From the IMG/VR virus record IMGVR_UViG_3300045988_105165, positions 87,445 through 151,444 of that record: DNA of 64,000 nt, one strand, 5' to 3'. The DNA comes from a virus. A program made the position numbers and the translations under genes. The notes beneath the pieces were generated by a model. It was not told the DNA's origin. It did not search any database and saw only the letters and a list, made by a program, of their open reading frames with translations. Below, piece after piece: positions 49,967 through 59,836 of this stretch; the first letter of the stretch is position 1, and each line of letters begins with the position of its first letter.

Positions 49967-49990
49967 TTTTTCATCTTTGATATAAAATGG
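49967..49990. promoter_or_regulatory. dyad motif copy d: TGGTGTATAATCACCTTAG
   Basis: Fourth copy, with the compensatory stem change GGTG..CACC. Confidence 0.35.
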
Positions 49991-50009
49991 TGTATAATCA
50001 CCTTAGTTC

Positions 50010-50747
50010 CTAAAAATGTTTGTTAGTTCCTAAAAGATGTTCATTCCCTTCGTATGGGATACATTGACTAAATCCTACCCCTCCTAAGCATTCGTATTTA
50101 TTATCTCCTACTGATTCTCTGGAAAATAAATGCAATTTCCACCTCTCTTGGTTAGTTCTTCTCACCAGCACTCGTTCAAATGGTTTGAAGTCGCGTTTCG
50201 GCATCTCATCTAATAGATACTCATATTCACTTAAATATCGTTTTATTATATCTATTTTTCTACTGTCTTCGGCTTTTATAATCTTTTCTGCTAAAAATTT
50301 CTTCTCTTCCTCTATAGCCTTTCTTACATGCCGTTTTCTATATTCGTCATACACATCAGTCCATAATTTGTAATCAAACCCAATATCTCCAAATGATGCC
50401 ATTCCGCATATACATCCCATTACCCCTTTGGTAATAATTCCATCATATATGAATTGATATCCATTAGTGCTTGTTAATACATCTCCTTTCTTAAAATACG
50501 CTCCAGCCTCTACTTTCAATTCCAGAGTGGTGCCGCCAATACTACAACCTTCCGTGTTGGCATATATAGCACTTATCCCATATCCTTCTTTTTTTACAAA
50601 AAGCAAATTATAAGGACCTGCACAGTCTTTCGACTCATATACAAATTCTATTTCAATATTATCAATTAATACCGAACCTTCTATTTCTCCGCTTTTAATT
50701 TTTCTCGCCGTATTTAAATCAAACGGAACAATAATTGAATTTTCCAT
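50010..50747 (-). CDS. hypothetical protein (245 aa)
   Basis: Co-directional ORF. Confidence 0.5.
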   Translation of the reverse strand: MENSIIVPFDLNTARKIKSGEIEGSVLIDNIEIEFVYESKDCAGPYNLLFVKKEGYGISAIYANTEGCSIGGTTLELKVEAGAYFKKGDVLTSTNGYQFIYDGIITKGVMGCICGMASFGDIGFDYKLWTDVYDEYRKRHVRKAIEEEKKFLAEKIIKAEDSRKIDIIKRYLSEYEYLLDEMPKRDFKPFERVLVRRTNQERWKLHLFSRESVGDNKYECLGGVGFSQCIPYEGNEHLLGTNKHF

Positions 50748-50787
50748 ATCTTTTCGTTTTTAATTGTTATAAAACAGGATGGGTTAC

Positions 50788-51849
50788 TTACGCCCATCCC
50801 AGTTGTTTCGCAATACTTTCCATCTCGCTATATGCAATCCGGTGGCATCCAGCGGTTAACAAATCGTTTTCGTACCGATTTAGACTCCACTGGTGGCCGG
50901 TGACGTCCTCCACCAGACCGTGCCGAAACTCGGCGCCCCGGTGCATTGCCGACACAGCCCGCCACAGTTTTCTGGCTTCTGCTATTCCAATCTTTATCTG
51001 TTTACTTGTCTCAATAATATTTCCTTTTATACGAATCCAGGCGTTAGGTTTTTCACCAGGAATATAGAAAGGTGTATTCAAGAAATTGATTTCTCCTGAC
51101 TTCCACTCTTCCAGTTTTTCATCAAAATCCTTGTAACGGGCTTCTTCTTCCTTTCTTAATCTCTCTAATTTTATTCTTTCTCTTTCTTCCTCACCCTTTC
51201 TCCATCTTTCAGATCTTTCTGAATACTTAATCCATGTACCTTCCCCGCAAACTTCATCAACAATCACATTTACGGTCCCTAACACTTTTAATCCTTGATG
51301 ATCTAATAAAATTTGAAAGATGCGTTTTAATTCATGTACGTGCTTACGCTTGATACTATCTCCGCTCTTGGATAATTCATGATTGGTTCCAAGCCAATCA
51401 TTAGCACTCTTTTTAAGGATACTCTTAGCAGTCCCCATGTTAAAGAACTGAATGTAATCCATCATATTCCCAAAAGCGCCCCAAATATCTGTATAAGATA
51501 ATTCTGTTTTAGCTCTTTTGTATTTTTCAATAGACTTCTTAATTGATTCCAGTTTGCTGGCAACAAACCTCATATTACCAGTATCCGATATATTATCCCC
51601 TACACTGAAAACCATTGCCCAAGTTGGTATCGCATTACGAACATAGCATTGATGTTTGCTCGTAGTAGCAGAATAATAATCTTCATTTATCAGGTATGCT
51701 TTCTTCCCTTGTTTGTTTTTTACTATTCTCCCGACTTCAAAGTGATGCCCATAAGAATAAATACTTGTACCTTCAAAGAAGAAATTGCTCCCTGATGCTG
51801 ATTCTTCTTGTTCATGAGCCCACAAGTGAGCGACCATTGAATTGTTCAT
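50788..51849 (-). CDS. hypothetical protein (353 aa) with a charged ER/KE-rich segment
   Basis: Co-directional ORF. AACAATTAAA-like motif upstream. Confidence 0.5.
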   Translation of the reverse strand: MNNSMVAHLWAHEQEESASGSNFFFEGTSIYSYGHHFEVGRIVKNKQGKKAYLINEDYYSATTSKHQCYVRNAIPTWAMVFSVGDNISDTGNMRFVASKLESIKKSIEKYKRAKTELSYTDIWGAFGNMMDYIQFFNMGTAKSILKKSANDWLGTNHELSKSGDSIKRKHVHELKRIFQILLDHQGLKVLGTVNVIVDEVCGEGTWIKYSERSERWRKGEEERERIKLERLRKEEEARYKDFDEKLEEWKSGEINFLNTPFYIPGEKPNAWIRIKGNIIETSKQIKIGIAEARKLWRAVSAMHRGAEFRHGLVEDVTGHQWSLNRYENDLLTAGCHRIAYSEMESIAKQLGWA

Positions 51850-51861
51850 ATAAATATCTTT

Positions 51862-52269
51862 TTAATTGTTTAACTTACCTTTATCATATGACATTCTCTT
51901 TTCGTATTTTTCAATACGTTCGGTTATCATATCGCAGAAGACTTGCCCCTCTTTTTCGGAACCTCTAAAGTAACCAACCATCTTCAGAATATTTCCGTCA
52001 AATTCATGAACAAACTTGTTATAATAATGCTCACCCATTACCCGTCCGTATTTTTCTACGAACAAATCCTTGTCCAGTGATTCGTCCTTAAAGCAACGGT
52101 TGTAATCCCATCTTACGATACGAAACAATGTTTCAAAATTCAATCTTTCCATATCTTGTATTTTATGGATTTCCTCACATTCTTCATCCGTTAATCCAGT
52201 GTAATCATCATTGATTAACGGACAAGCCCAATAAGATGGCAACCTGTATCTTATTACTTTTATGCTCAT
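51862..52269 (-). CDS. hypothetical protein (135 aa)
   Basis: Co-directional ORF. Confidence 0.45.
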   Translation of the reverse strand: MSIKVIRYRLPSYWACPLINDDYTGLTDEECEEIHKIQDMERLNFETLFRIVRWDYNRCFKDESLDKDLFVEKYGRVMGEHYYNKFVHEFDGNILKMVGYFRGSEKEGQVFCDMITERIEKYEKRMSYDKGKLNN

Positions 52270-52487
52270 AGTTTTATTAATCTACAGTTACTATCTTCAA
52301 ATATCGGAACCTTCCCTTGTTCTCTAAAATAAGCAGTGGCCACCTTGAAAGCATAAAGCGGATTTACTTTCTGGATTTCTTTTTGTGATTTATAGAAAGA
52401 TGCTGGCTGGCATACATAGAAATTTTCATTGCCAAGGCAACCGAAAAGCCAATCCATATTGGATCCACTGCAATTAGTACCCCCCAA
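52266..52487 (-). CDS. hypothetical protein (73 aa)
   Basis: 4-nt overlap. Confidence 0.35.
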   Translation of the reverse strand: MGGTNCSGSNMDWLFGCLGNENFYVCQPASFYKSQKEIQKVNPLYAFKVATAYFREQGKVPIFEDSNCRLIKL

Positions 52488-52716
52488 GTACGATTATATC
52501 GCACCCGGTCTTTCTTGTTCCCAAAATAAATGCCTTGTTCTTATTCTCTGGCTGCATAAATATCTCCTTGTCGATTATAAACCAGTCACTCTGGCAGCTC
52601 TCTACATCCCGGCGAACGATTTCGTCAATTTCATGGGCATATTCTTCTTGTGTTTTCATAAGATATGTTATTAAAAAATGATAACTGAATGTATTTCTTA
52701 AAAGAAACTCCAACAA
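52474..52716 (-). CDS. hypothetical protein (80 aa)
   Basis: Co-directional ORF. Confidence 0.35.
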   Translation of the reverse strand: MLEFLLRNTFSYHFLITYLMKTQEEYAHEIDEIVRRDVESCQSDWFIIDKEIFMQPENKNKAFILGTRKTGCDIIVLGGY

Positions 52717-53111
52717 AATGTTACGATAAATTCTCCCATCCCGTATTCAGCAAGTTGCTTAAATGATTCTATCCCATTACAATAATAAAAAACATCATCA
52801 TTATCATCATCGTTGATACTCAGCGATAGTTTGATTGTCGCTCTTTTATCGTCTCCTGTCTCCTTCCATACAATCTGACATTCTACGTATTCAGGCTCCT
52901 TACCTGTTCTTTCTACAAATTCATGAAATCTTAAATCAATTTCATGTTTGACTTCTTCAACGTTAGATATTATTACCTCATTTTCACAATCCCCGCAAAT
53001 AGCATGCGCGAAAGATCCATCAAAATAATCTATTATTTCTCTGGTATTCGGATTTACTATGGCTTCACAAGCAACCTTTGTTCCACCACATCTTGTACAT
53101 ATATATCCCAT
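52698..53111 (-). CDS. Cys-containing protein (CTRCGG..CGDC)
   Basis: 137 aa. Confidence 0.45.
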   Translation of the reverse strand: MGYICTRCGGTKVACEAIVNPNTREIIDYFDGSFAHAICGDCENEVIISNVEEVKHEIDLRFHEFVERTGKEPEYVECQIVWKETGDDKRATIKLSLSINDDDNDDVFYYCNGIESFKQLAEYGMGEFIVTFCWSFF

Positions 53112-53327
53112 AATTATCTTCTTTTAAAATGTTCAATAATTTCATCTACTGTAACCTTACGCCATGTGATGCAGCCCGCGTCTCCCCTGAACCGGAGCTC
53201 TTCGCACTTTACCCCACCTGTCTCCTGTGGCGTCCGTCACTATCAGCCGTTGACCTGAATCAGTATTATTTGTAATTCTTTGGTGTTCTTTCTGATAATA
53301 CACCCTCATGATCCCCCCCCCATCTCC

Positions 53328-54677
53328 TTATTTTTTCAGATTATGTTCTTTCATTATTTCTTCTATCAATTCGTCTGTTTCCATATAATAATCCCAACAG
53401 GAATCAACCTCTTCCCATTCTTCTCCCTCTTCATCCTCCCTGGATTTATCTTTGTATTTCTTGACAAATTTCACTTTCTTTTCAAGCACGTACCCCTTTA
53501 CATCTCCCCATATCCACATACCTATGGATTTCACTTCATCATCAATCAATTTGTCAATTTGGGTTTTCCAATCGGAAGTATTATTACTAACCATTTTTGT
53601 GTACCTCTCCTTTGTACAGAAAGCTATACCTTTAACATAATCCCCTTGACTGTGTCCTGTTGTGGACCATTCTTTGACAAATATATCCTTGCCTAAGTCT
53701 GAAAGAATCTGAATTAATTCTTCACATCCTAAGTCTTCTATAAATTCATACGTATAATCATACGTGTAAAGATCTGATGGAGAAATGCTAAAAATTTCTT
53801 TAAAATACCACATTTTATCATGGTTATCATATCTCAGTCGATAACCGTCAATCTTGCCTTTCTTAAAATAATTCAGCAAGTCTTTCCATTTAACATATTC
53901 ACTAATAAGTTTATGTAGTGCATCTATAAGTGAGTGTCGACTATCTCCGTATTTACCAAACACTTCTCTCCAATCGCACACATCTTGCATCTCCGCAAGC
54001 ATGTTCTTTCCAAATATCCTTGTAAGAAGCGGTATGTACTTTGCATCTATAGGTAAATCCTGGGTTTCTTTTATAGGTCTATATGGCACAAACGCTTTGT
54101 TCTCATATACCATCTCAATATGCAATCCATCCGGTGATTCAAATACGTCTTTTCTTTTCTGCCTCATCCCAGACCGTATTATCTGTTCTTTCCAAGATTG
54201 AATATATGATTTTCTACGGGTCTCATTTATCTTATTAATAACCTCTTCCTTAAATTCGTAATACTCATATATACGACCTTTGTAGTCAGCTATCATTTCT
54301 TCAATCTTACTTTCGGATGCCCATAACCCATAATACACATAGCAATCCAATAATCTATCTACTGAAGAAACACCAATCAGTACCATTTTAGAAAGTGGAT
54401 TTCCCTCTTTTTCCAATTCTTCTCTTGCTCTGTCTGTCGCCGCATCCCACCATTGCCCTTCACACTTCTCTATCTCCCCGTTGTCAAGTACGATATCGAA
54501 CTTTCTACCTCCGAAAGCTTCTCTTCGCTCATTTCTCTTTGCAAGGAAATCATAGAATATACCTCCTATCCTTCCAATAATGGTATCATCTCCGTACTTT
54601 GTGCTAATTTTATCAGGCATTTCGTCAAAGACAAGGAACTTCGATTCTCCTGACTCTACTAAATATAATAGCTTCAT
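53328..54677 (-). CDS. hypothetical protein (449 aa)
   Basis: Long co-directional ORF. Confidence 0.55.
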   Translation of the reverse strand: MKLLYLVESGESKFLVFDEMPDKISTKYGDDTIIGRIGGIFYDFLAKRNERREAFGGRKFDIVLDNGEIEKCEGQWWDAATDRAREELEKEGNPLSKMVLIGVSSVDRLLDCYVYYGLWASESKIEEMIADYKGRIYEYYEFKEEVINKINETRRKSYIQSWKEQIIRSGMRQKRKDVFESPDGLHIEMVYENKAFVPYRPIKETQDLPIDAKYIPLLTRIFGKNMLAEMQDVCDWREVFGKYGDSRHSLIDALHKLISEYVKWKDLLNYFKKGKIDGYRLRYDNHDKMWYFKEIFSISPSDLYTYDYTYEFIEDLGCEELIQILSDLGKDIFVKEWSTTGHSQGDYVKGIAFCTKERYTKMVSNNTSDWKTQIDKLIDDEVKSIGMWIWGDVKGYVLEKKVKFVKKYKDKSREDEEGEEWEEVDSCWDYYMETDELIEEIMKEHNLKK

Positions 54678-54811
54678 GATTTATCTCTTTAGATGTAAGT
54701 TATGCTGCCAACATTAATCTGCATTTATTGTTTTCGTCGTTCACTATCTGACTAATGTACGGTCCTGGCCACAGACAGCCAGGCCGACCTCATGGCAGGG
54801 CAGGCGCCGCC

Positions 54812-55000
54812 TTACTCTGGCTGTTCTACCCACTCCCTGTATCCTACATTAAAACCAATAGGATCATACCTTTTGATCATAGTGCCATAATTCTCTCTAC
54901 CGCAATACCTGTTCTTTCCTCCAATGATCCATCTCTCATCGTCTCTATCTGGAGATATTGAGTTAAGATACTTCTCATAATCTTTTCTACTCTTTCCCAT
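54812..55000 (-). CDS. hypothetical protein (62 aa)
   Basis: Co-directional ORF, followed on the 3' side by GC-rich hairpins. Confidence 0.35.
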   Translation of the reverse strand: MGKSRKDYEKYLNSISPDRDDERWIIGGKNRYCGRENYGTMIKRYDPIGFNVGYREWVEQPE

Positions 55001-55355
55001 CTTTGTCTTGATTTAAGCAATAGTTAATAAAATAAGCAACCTGTTCATTTTCCCCTGTATTATCATAATCACCTAAAGTCATATCATCATAATCCAGCAG
55101 AACTATACGAAAATCGTTTTTTTTGACATACACTTCCGTTAAATACATAGGAATCCCAGCAATTTCTATTATCACCGGAAACTGATCGTCAAAGTCAAAT
55201 ACATCATTAGTTTCTTTAGTTTCTTTAAACTCTTTAAATTTTAGCTTTATAATTCCATTGTTTTCTGCTAATGCTTCTTTGATGTACTTTAATCTTTTTG
55301 CATTCAGATCAACCTCCGCTTTTTCTATTTCTTTGTACAATTCATTCAGATCCAT
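54987..55355 (-). CDS. hypothetical acidic protein (122 aa)
   Basis: Co-directional ORF. Confidence 0.45.
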   Translation of the reverse strand: MDLNELYKEIEKAEVDLNAKRLKYIKEALAENNGIIKLKFKEFKETKETNDVFDFDDQFPVIIEIAGIPMYLTEVYVKKNDFRIVLLDYDDMTLGDYDNTGENEQVAYFINYCLNQDKDGKE

Positions 55356-55857
55356 ATTCCACTATATTTATGTTGTCAAATTTTTCTTTTATAACATCCA
55401 AGGCGCCACACTCGTTTGTTACCATAGCATACTTTCCTGGCTTCATTCTCCACAGATTGAAATACCTTGTCACATTTATAATGTTGTTAAATAATGATAT
55501 TTCGTATCTTGTATTCCCATTTACATCATGTCCAGCTTTTTTAAAATAACATAGGGTCGGCTTGTATTTGAAATAATTAAAAAGCCTATACCATCCCTTT
55601 CCGTTACATGTTTCACGATTCCATATTCCAGTAAGCTTCCTATATCCCCTTACCGGTATTTTCTCTATTTCTTTTGGTACAATCTTGACATACTCTCCTT
55701 CTCCGATTGGTATAGTCATATTACCTGCCTCTTCCGTGCAAAAGTATTCTATTTCAGATGCCATTCCTTTATACACATAGAACCGGTATGGGTTCCCGTC
55801 AGGGTCTACCCGATCCATATAGTATAATATCACTTTGTCTACTTTTATCTTTTTCAT
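55342..55857 (-). CDS. hypothetical protein (171 aa)
   Basis: Co-directional ORF. Confidence 0.45.
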   Translation of the reverse strand: MKKIKVDKVILYYMDRVDPDGNPYRFYVYKGMASEIEYFCTEEAGNMTIPIGEGEYVKIVPKEIEKIPVRGYRKLTGIWNRETCNGKGWYRLFNYFKYKPTLCYFKKAGHDVNGNTRYEISLFNNIINVTRYFNLWRMKPGKYAMVTNECGALDVIKEKFDNINIVEYGSE

Positions 55858-56105
55858 TCCTTTATTCTCCTTATCTTTAAATCGTTATTCCCACAGTATT
55901 CCTTCAACCAACTATCCGTTAGATAACGATTAACTCTATCGTATTTCTTTTTCGGACCCTTGCTCCAGAATTTCCATTCGTTTGTGATATTGTACCCATA
56001 TTTATCAAACCAATGGATATAATACACTACGTTACCGTACAAATCCACTCTTTTTCTTTCCTGTATGACTACCTCGTAAGGCATCTTCTTGCCTCTTTTC
56101 TCCAT
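55854..56105 (-). CDS. hypothetical protein (83 aa)
   Basis: 4-nt overlap. Confidence 0.4.
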   Translation of the reverse strand: MEKRGKKMPYEVVIQERKRVDLYGNVVYYIHWFDKYGYNITNEWKFWSKGPKKKYDRVNRYLTDSWLKEYCGNNDLKIRRIKE

Positions 56106-56183
56106 CTTTGTCCTCCTTTCTTGAATAAAAAAAACGGCACCTATCTTCGCAGACCAGTGCCGGTAACTAACTTACATGGAAAA

Positions 56184-56612
56184 CTATTTTACTTCAACTA
56201 ATTCTACAGAGCTGTAGAATTTAGTGAAGCTACCAACAAATTCTCTTATATTTTTATATTCTTCTGGTCGTTTTCTGTTACCGTCTTTTATATAATTTAC
56301 CCACAGTCTATCTTCTATGCTCTTAATCGCATTTTCTATAGTAAATTCGTCGCTGACACACATTAAACACGAAGATCCGGTTTTCTTATGTGGTTTATAC
56401 ACCCTTGAAAAAGACCACATTTTTATCCTGTCGTATATATATCCGTTGTTTGGATAAACGAATCCTATCCGGCTGTCACCTTCTTTGGCATAAAATACAC
56501 CTGGCTCCTTCCCGCCCTTTCTATATACTACGAATCCTTTTTCTTTTAGGATCTTAACCACTTTATTTAATTTATTTTCTACGTTCATTTTCATGCAAAA
56601 ATTTAAAAACAA
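56184..56612 (-). CDS. hypothetical protein (142 aa)
   Basis: Co-directional ORF. Confidence 0.45.
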   Translation of the reverse strand: MFLNFCMKMNVENKLNKVVKILKEKGFVVYRKGGKEPGVFYAKEGDSRIGFVYPNNGYIYDRIKMWSFSRVYKPHKKTGSSCLMCVSDEFTIENAIKSIEDRLWVNYIKDGNRKRPEEYKNIREFVGSFTKFYSSVELVEVK

Positions 56613-57045
56613 CCTTCATTACATTTCCAAAGTTCTCCACCTTAACCCACTCGTGAGCTACTGCTCTAAGTACGGATGTTTCGTATGTCGGAATATCGTC
56701 TTCTTCAACCACCTTACAAGAAGCCAGAACTCCTTCAGTCGGCTTTAGTCCGAGGTCATGCAGCTCGCAGAGACCGCCCGGCTGGCGGAATGCGCACCAC
56801 CCGTCTTTCTTTGTTGGCTGGATCATCGCTATTGGTTTTTCTTTCACTGCAAGATACCCTACCATCCACATTGTTTCTTTTAACCTGTCAGCGTATCCGG
56901 CATCTATGATAGCCTCTATGTCTTTTGGCGTACCAATACAAGGAACTTTACACATGTTTTTACATTTATCACATGTACAAGGTTGCTCCCATCTGTTATG
57001 ATCTATGCCTACCAACTTCTTTATCCGTTCTACTTCTTCTTTCAT
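56572..57045 (-). CDS. Cys-cluster protein (CTCDKCKNMCKVPC..WCAF..GLCELH), possibly YkgJ-type metal-chelating
   Basis: 157 aa. Cysteine pattern is reminiscent of the CxxCxxCC putative Zn/Fe-chelating domain. Confidence 0.3.
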   Translation of the reverse strand: MKEEVERIKKLVGIDHNRWEQPCTCDKCKNMCKVPCIGTPKDIEAIIDAGYADRLKETMWMVGYLAVKEKPIAMIQPTKKDGWCAFRQPGGLCELHDLGLKPTEGVLASCKVVEEDDIPTYETSVLRAVAHEWVKVENFGNVMKVVFKFLHENERRK

Positions 57046-57046
57046 A

Positions 57047-57331
57047 TTATACTATCTCTGTTAGTTTTACATAATACAACTTCATTTCCGGTGAAGCATA
57101 TTCCATGAATGCTTCGAATAAGTAGGGTACCTCTATTATCATATTCACATTACAACCTTCTGCCTGTGAAAGAGATTCAAGATCATTGCTGTATGAACAC
57201 GTTACATGAGCTCCTACATTAAACACATGTAAATCTAATCTTACATATTCCATACATAAATCTAACGCTTTAAACAAGTTTTCTACCTCAATCTCCTGAA
57301 ATAGGTCTATAAACATCCTTAAATCCATCAT
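57047..57331 (-). CDS. hypothetical protein (94 aa)
   Basis: Co-directional ORF. Confidence 0.4.
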   Translation of the reverse strand: MMDLRMFIDLFQEIEVENLFKALDLCMEYVRLDLHVFNVGAHVTCSYSNDLESLSQAEGCNVNMIIEVPYLFEAFMEYASPEMKLYYVKLTEIV

Positions 57332-57711
57332 TTTACTACCCTTTCTATGTGTTTAATTAATACTACCGCCATTCCATTGCCGGTTTTTATCGCACATTCC
57401 GATCCTTTTATCCATTCTACACACCCTACATACTTTTCCGTAGCATGAAATCCGGGATTGTATTTTCCAGATGTACTGAACTCTACCGTATCCCCTACCT
57501 TCAGATCATCAAAAGCAATAGACCATGTGGTCCAAATTCTATCATGTCTCCCAGGCTGAATGGCTCCGATTACGCCTTTTTTACGACCGTTTTTTATCGC
57601 CCTTAGTATTATCTTTCTATCACCTTCGATAAGGCTGCAAAAGCGCCCGTAAAAGGTCAAATCAACCTGTTTTCCTCCTATTTCTTCTCTTATTTTTGTT
57701 ATTCTGTTCAT
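57328..57711 (-). CDS. hypothetical protein (127 aa)
   Basis: 4-nt overlap. Confidence 0.45.
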   Translation of the reverse strand: MNRITKIREEIGGKQVDLTFYGRFCSLIEGDRKIILRAIKNGRKKGVIGAIQPGRHDRIWTTWSIAFDDLKVGDTVEFSTSGKYNPGFHATEKYVGCVEWIKGSECAIKTGNGMAVVLIKHIERVVK

Positions 57712-57955
57712 TTTCTGATTTTGTTTTATTTTTTTCCTTGTTTTTTCTATCTTCTATAGAAGATGATAATAACATTATCTTTTCTATGTTACTTTTTGAC
57801 TGTAAAAAAGAATCGCATTTCATTACTACTACCACCTTCTTAAGTTCCCCATTATCGTATAGCGATACACGCATCATGTTTTGCGCCTCGTCCACTATCA
57901 GACCTGGAGTAGTCTTAGCCATTTTACGTAGCTTGTTATACTCCGGTCTTTCCAT
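57662..57955 (-). CDS. hypothetical basic protein (97 aa)
   Basis: Co-directional ORF. Confidence 0.35.
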   Translation of the reverse strand: MERPEYNKLRKMAKTTPGLIVDEAQNMMRVSLYDNGELKKVVVVMKCDSFLQSKSNIEKIMLLSSSIEDRKNKEKNKTKSENEQNNKNKRRNRRKTG

Positions 57956-58220
57956 TTCCTCTGTTTATTACTCTATAGTATTTATCCTTATCCCCTTCTT
58001 CTAACTTCTCCAGATAGAAAATTCCATCATGCAAATGAGACAAACAAAACCTGTATCCGTATTTCTGTACTCTTCTTACATGATCCCGCAGTCTTATCTC
58101 TTCACTTTTGTCTTGTACTTTGATCTTAATACTGTCTCCTTCTTTGATTGTGTATAAAATAGTTTGAATCTCTTCTTTTTTCATCTTATAAAATATTTTA
58201 ACGGCAGCACCTATACTCAC
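57936..58220 (-). CDS. hypothetical protein (94 aa)
   Basis: Co-directional ORF. Confidence 0.4.
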   Translation of the reverse strand: MSIGAAVKIFYKMKKEEIQTILYTIKEGDSIKIKVQDKSEEIRLRDHVRRVQKYGYRFCLSHLHDGIFYLEKLEEGDKDKYYRVINRGNGKTGV

Positions 58221-58247
58221 GCACCACTACTGCCTTATGTTTAACAA

Positions 58248-59057
58248 TTAAATACTTAACTCTTCAATGGTCAAGCCTTTTTCTTTTGCCCACTTTAGCA
58301 TCGCGCATAATTCTGTTTCTGACTTATATTTCGGATCACGCCACGCCCATCCGAATTTATCCAGGACATGATGATATAATTCGTCGGCCTTTGCCGTGTA
58401 AATGTCTTTGAATAAATGCTCCGAACCTTCCGGTATAAGCATCTCTGTTGTTGCAAAATCGGAATACGATAAACATCCGTAAGCATATTCTGTTATTTCA
58501 CTCCATGCTTCTCCGGCTTTAAATCCAAATTCTTTTACAAAAGCCAAAGTTAGATACATATTTAATAATATTGTTACATCATATTCCGAATCTGACTTTC
58601 TTTCTATTATTTCCTTTTCAAATTCCTTTAAATCTTCAGGTCCTAAAAAGATGTATCCTGATACCGACCGGTAATTAGTCTCCGCATACTTCTTGCATTT
58701 ATCATCATTGACAATCTTACTAATGTTAGATAACATCTTTTGCCTCCATTCATCACAAAACTCTACCTCTACGTTCATCCAATCAGTACCATAATTATAT
58801 TCTTTCGGATATCCGACCGATGTTACCTTTATACTATTCACGCCATATCCGTAAAGGCGTTCGCCCACCTCATTCGCCCATTCCTGTACAAAAGGAATAA
58901 ACTTATTGTAATAAGAATCAAAATCAAAATCCGATTCCTCCTCATATTCTGGCATCTCTTCATAATCCTGTTCAAAGAAATGACGAGGATCTGCTATTGT
59001 TTCGTAGAAACTTACGTTAATGAAACAAAACTCGTTGGTTGTCGTTTTTAATATCAT
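58248..59057 (-). CDS. hypothetical protein (269 aa)
   Basis: Co-directional ORF. Confidence 0.5.
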   Translation of the reverse strand: MILKTTTNEFCFINVSFYETIADPRHFFEQDYEEMPEYEEESDFDFDSYYNKFIPFVQEWANEVGERLYGYGVNSIKVTSVGYPKEYNYGTDWMNVEVEFCDEWRQKMLSNISKIVNDDKCKKYAETNYRSVSGYIFLGPEDLKEFEKEIIERKSDSEYDVTILLNMYLTLAFVKEFGFKAGEAWSEITEYAYGCLSYSDFATTEMLIPEGSEHLFKDIYTAKADELYHHVLDKFGWAWRDPKYKSETELCAMLKWAKEKGLTIEELSI

Positions 59058-59308
59058 AACTTTTTGTATTTACGTACATTTTTCTTGCCATAGAATCTAC
59101 ACATGGCACGAATCTGACTATAAAATACTTTTGTCCTCCTGGCCTCAAAGTATTTAAACATTTCTTCATTCTTTGTTTCCCAAACGTAATCCGTTTGGGA
59201 ACTCATGCGATCTTTCTCCTTGCGTGAATAATGGTAATATGATACCACAACACGTTTCATACCATTCTTTACAGGTACGATATTTACGTCTATACTATTC
59301 TCTGTCAT
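59054..59308 (-). CDS. hypothetical protein (84 aa)
   Basis: 4-nt overlap. Confidence 0.4.
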   Translation of the reverse strand: MTENSIDVNIVPVKNGMKRVVVSYYHYSRKEKDRMSSQTDYVWETKNEEMFKYFEARRTKVFYSQIRAMCRFYGKKNVRKYKKL

Positions 59309-59427
59309 ATTATTATTGTTTTATGCATTATACAAATACAAAGAGCGCATACCTTCACAGGCCGGCGCTCCTTTCAATAAAAATGAAAAAACTAATATTA
59401 CATAAACATATTGTTTTCTACTCTTTA

Positions 59428-59661
59428 TTACAATACTTTTGTTCCGCAATTATTATATCTTCCGTACTCTTTTTTCGTATCATTCAAGATTTCAAAAACC
59501 ATCTTCTTGTGATCTTCGTTTGGTAACCTATCCTTAACAGCCGATATTACGCCCGCTATAGACGTAAAGCCTGAATCTGTTATTGAACACAGCAACACGC
59601 CTCTGTCGGCTCCGGTGCTTATTGCTGACGCCTTTATAATATCATTCTTATATATTCTCAT
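59428..59661 (-). CDS. hypothetical protein (77 aa)
   Basis: Co-directional ORF. Confidence 0.4.
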   Translation of the reverse strand: MRIYKNDIIKASAISTGADRGVLLCSITDSGFTSIAGVISAVKDRLPNEDHKKMVFEILNDTKKEYGRYNNCGTKVL

Positions 59662-59683
59662 AACTTTTTTGTTTTATTGTTTG

Positions 59684-59712
59684 TGAGATGCCCAGAATCG
59701 AACCAGGACCGG
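59684..59712 (-). other. tRNA T-arm/acceptor-like element A (degenerate stem, loop TTCGATT)
   Basis: Forward TGTGAGATGCCCAGAATCGAACCAGG is the reverse complement of a T-arm-like hairpin plus a CATCTCA acceptor-like tail. No complete cloverleaf could be folded by hand. Confidence 0.25.
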
Positions 59713-59836
59713 CACATACGCACCGGCACGCCGCGTCATCCCCTCTATGATGCAGAAATAGGCATGCCTATCCTCACGAACCGACATGCCAAAACCCAAA
59801 ACTTAATTTGATGAATAAAATAGATTAACAAAAATA

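Noticed and set aside
50788-51849. Metallophosphoesterase (GNHE-like LGTNHE motif)
   Set aside because: Only one of the required motifs (DxH, GDxxDRG, GNHE) is recognisable, so there is insufficient support.
53280-53696. 138-aa plus-strand ORF (MVFFLIIHPHDPPP...)
   Set aside because: Antisense to the 449-aa minus-strand gene and starts in the poly-C tract. Junk composition.
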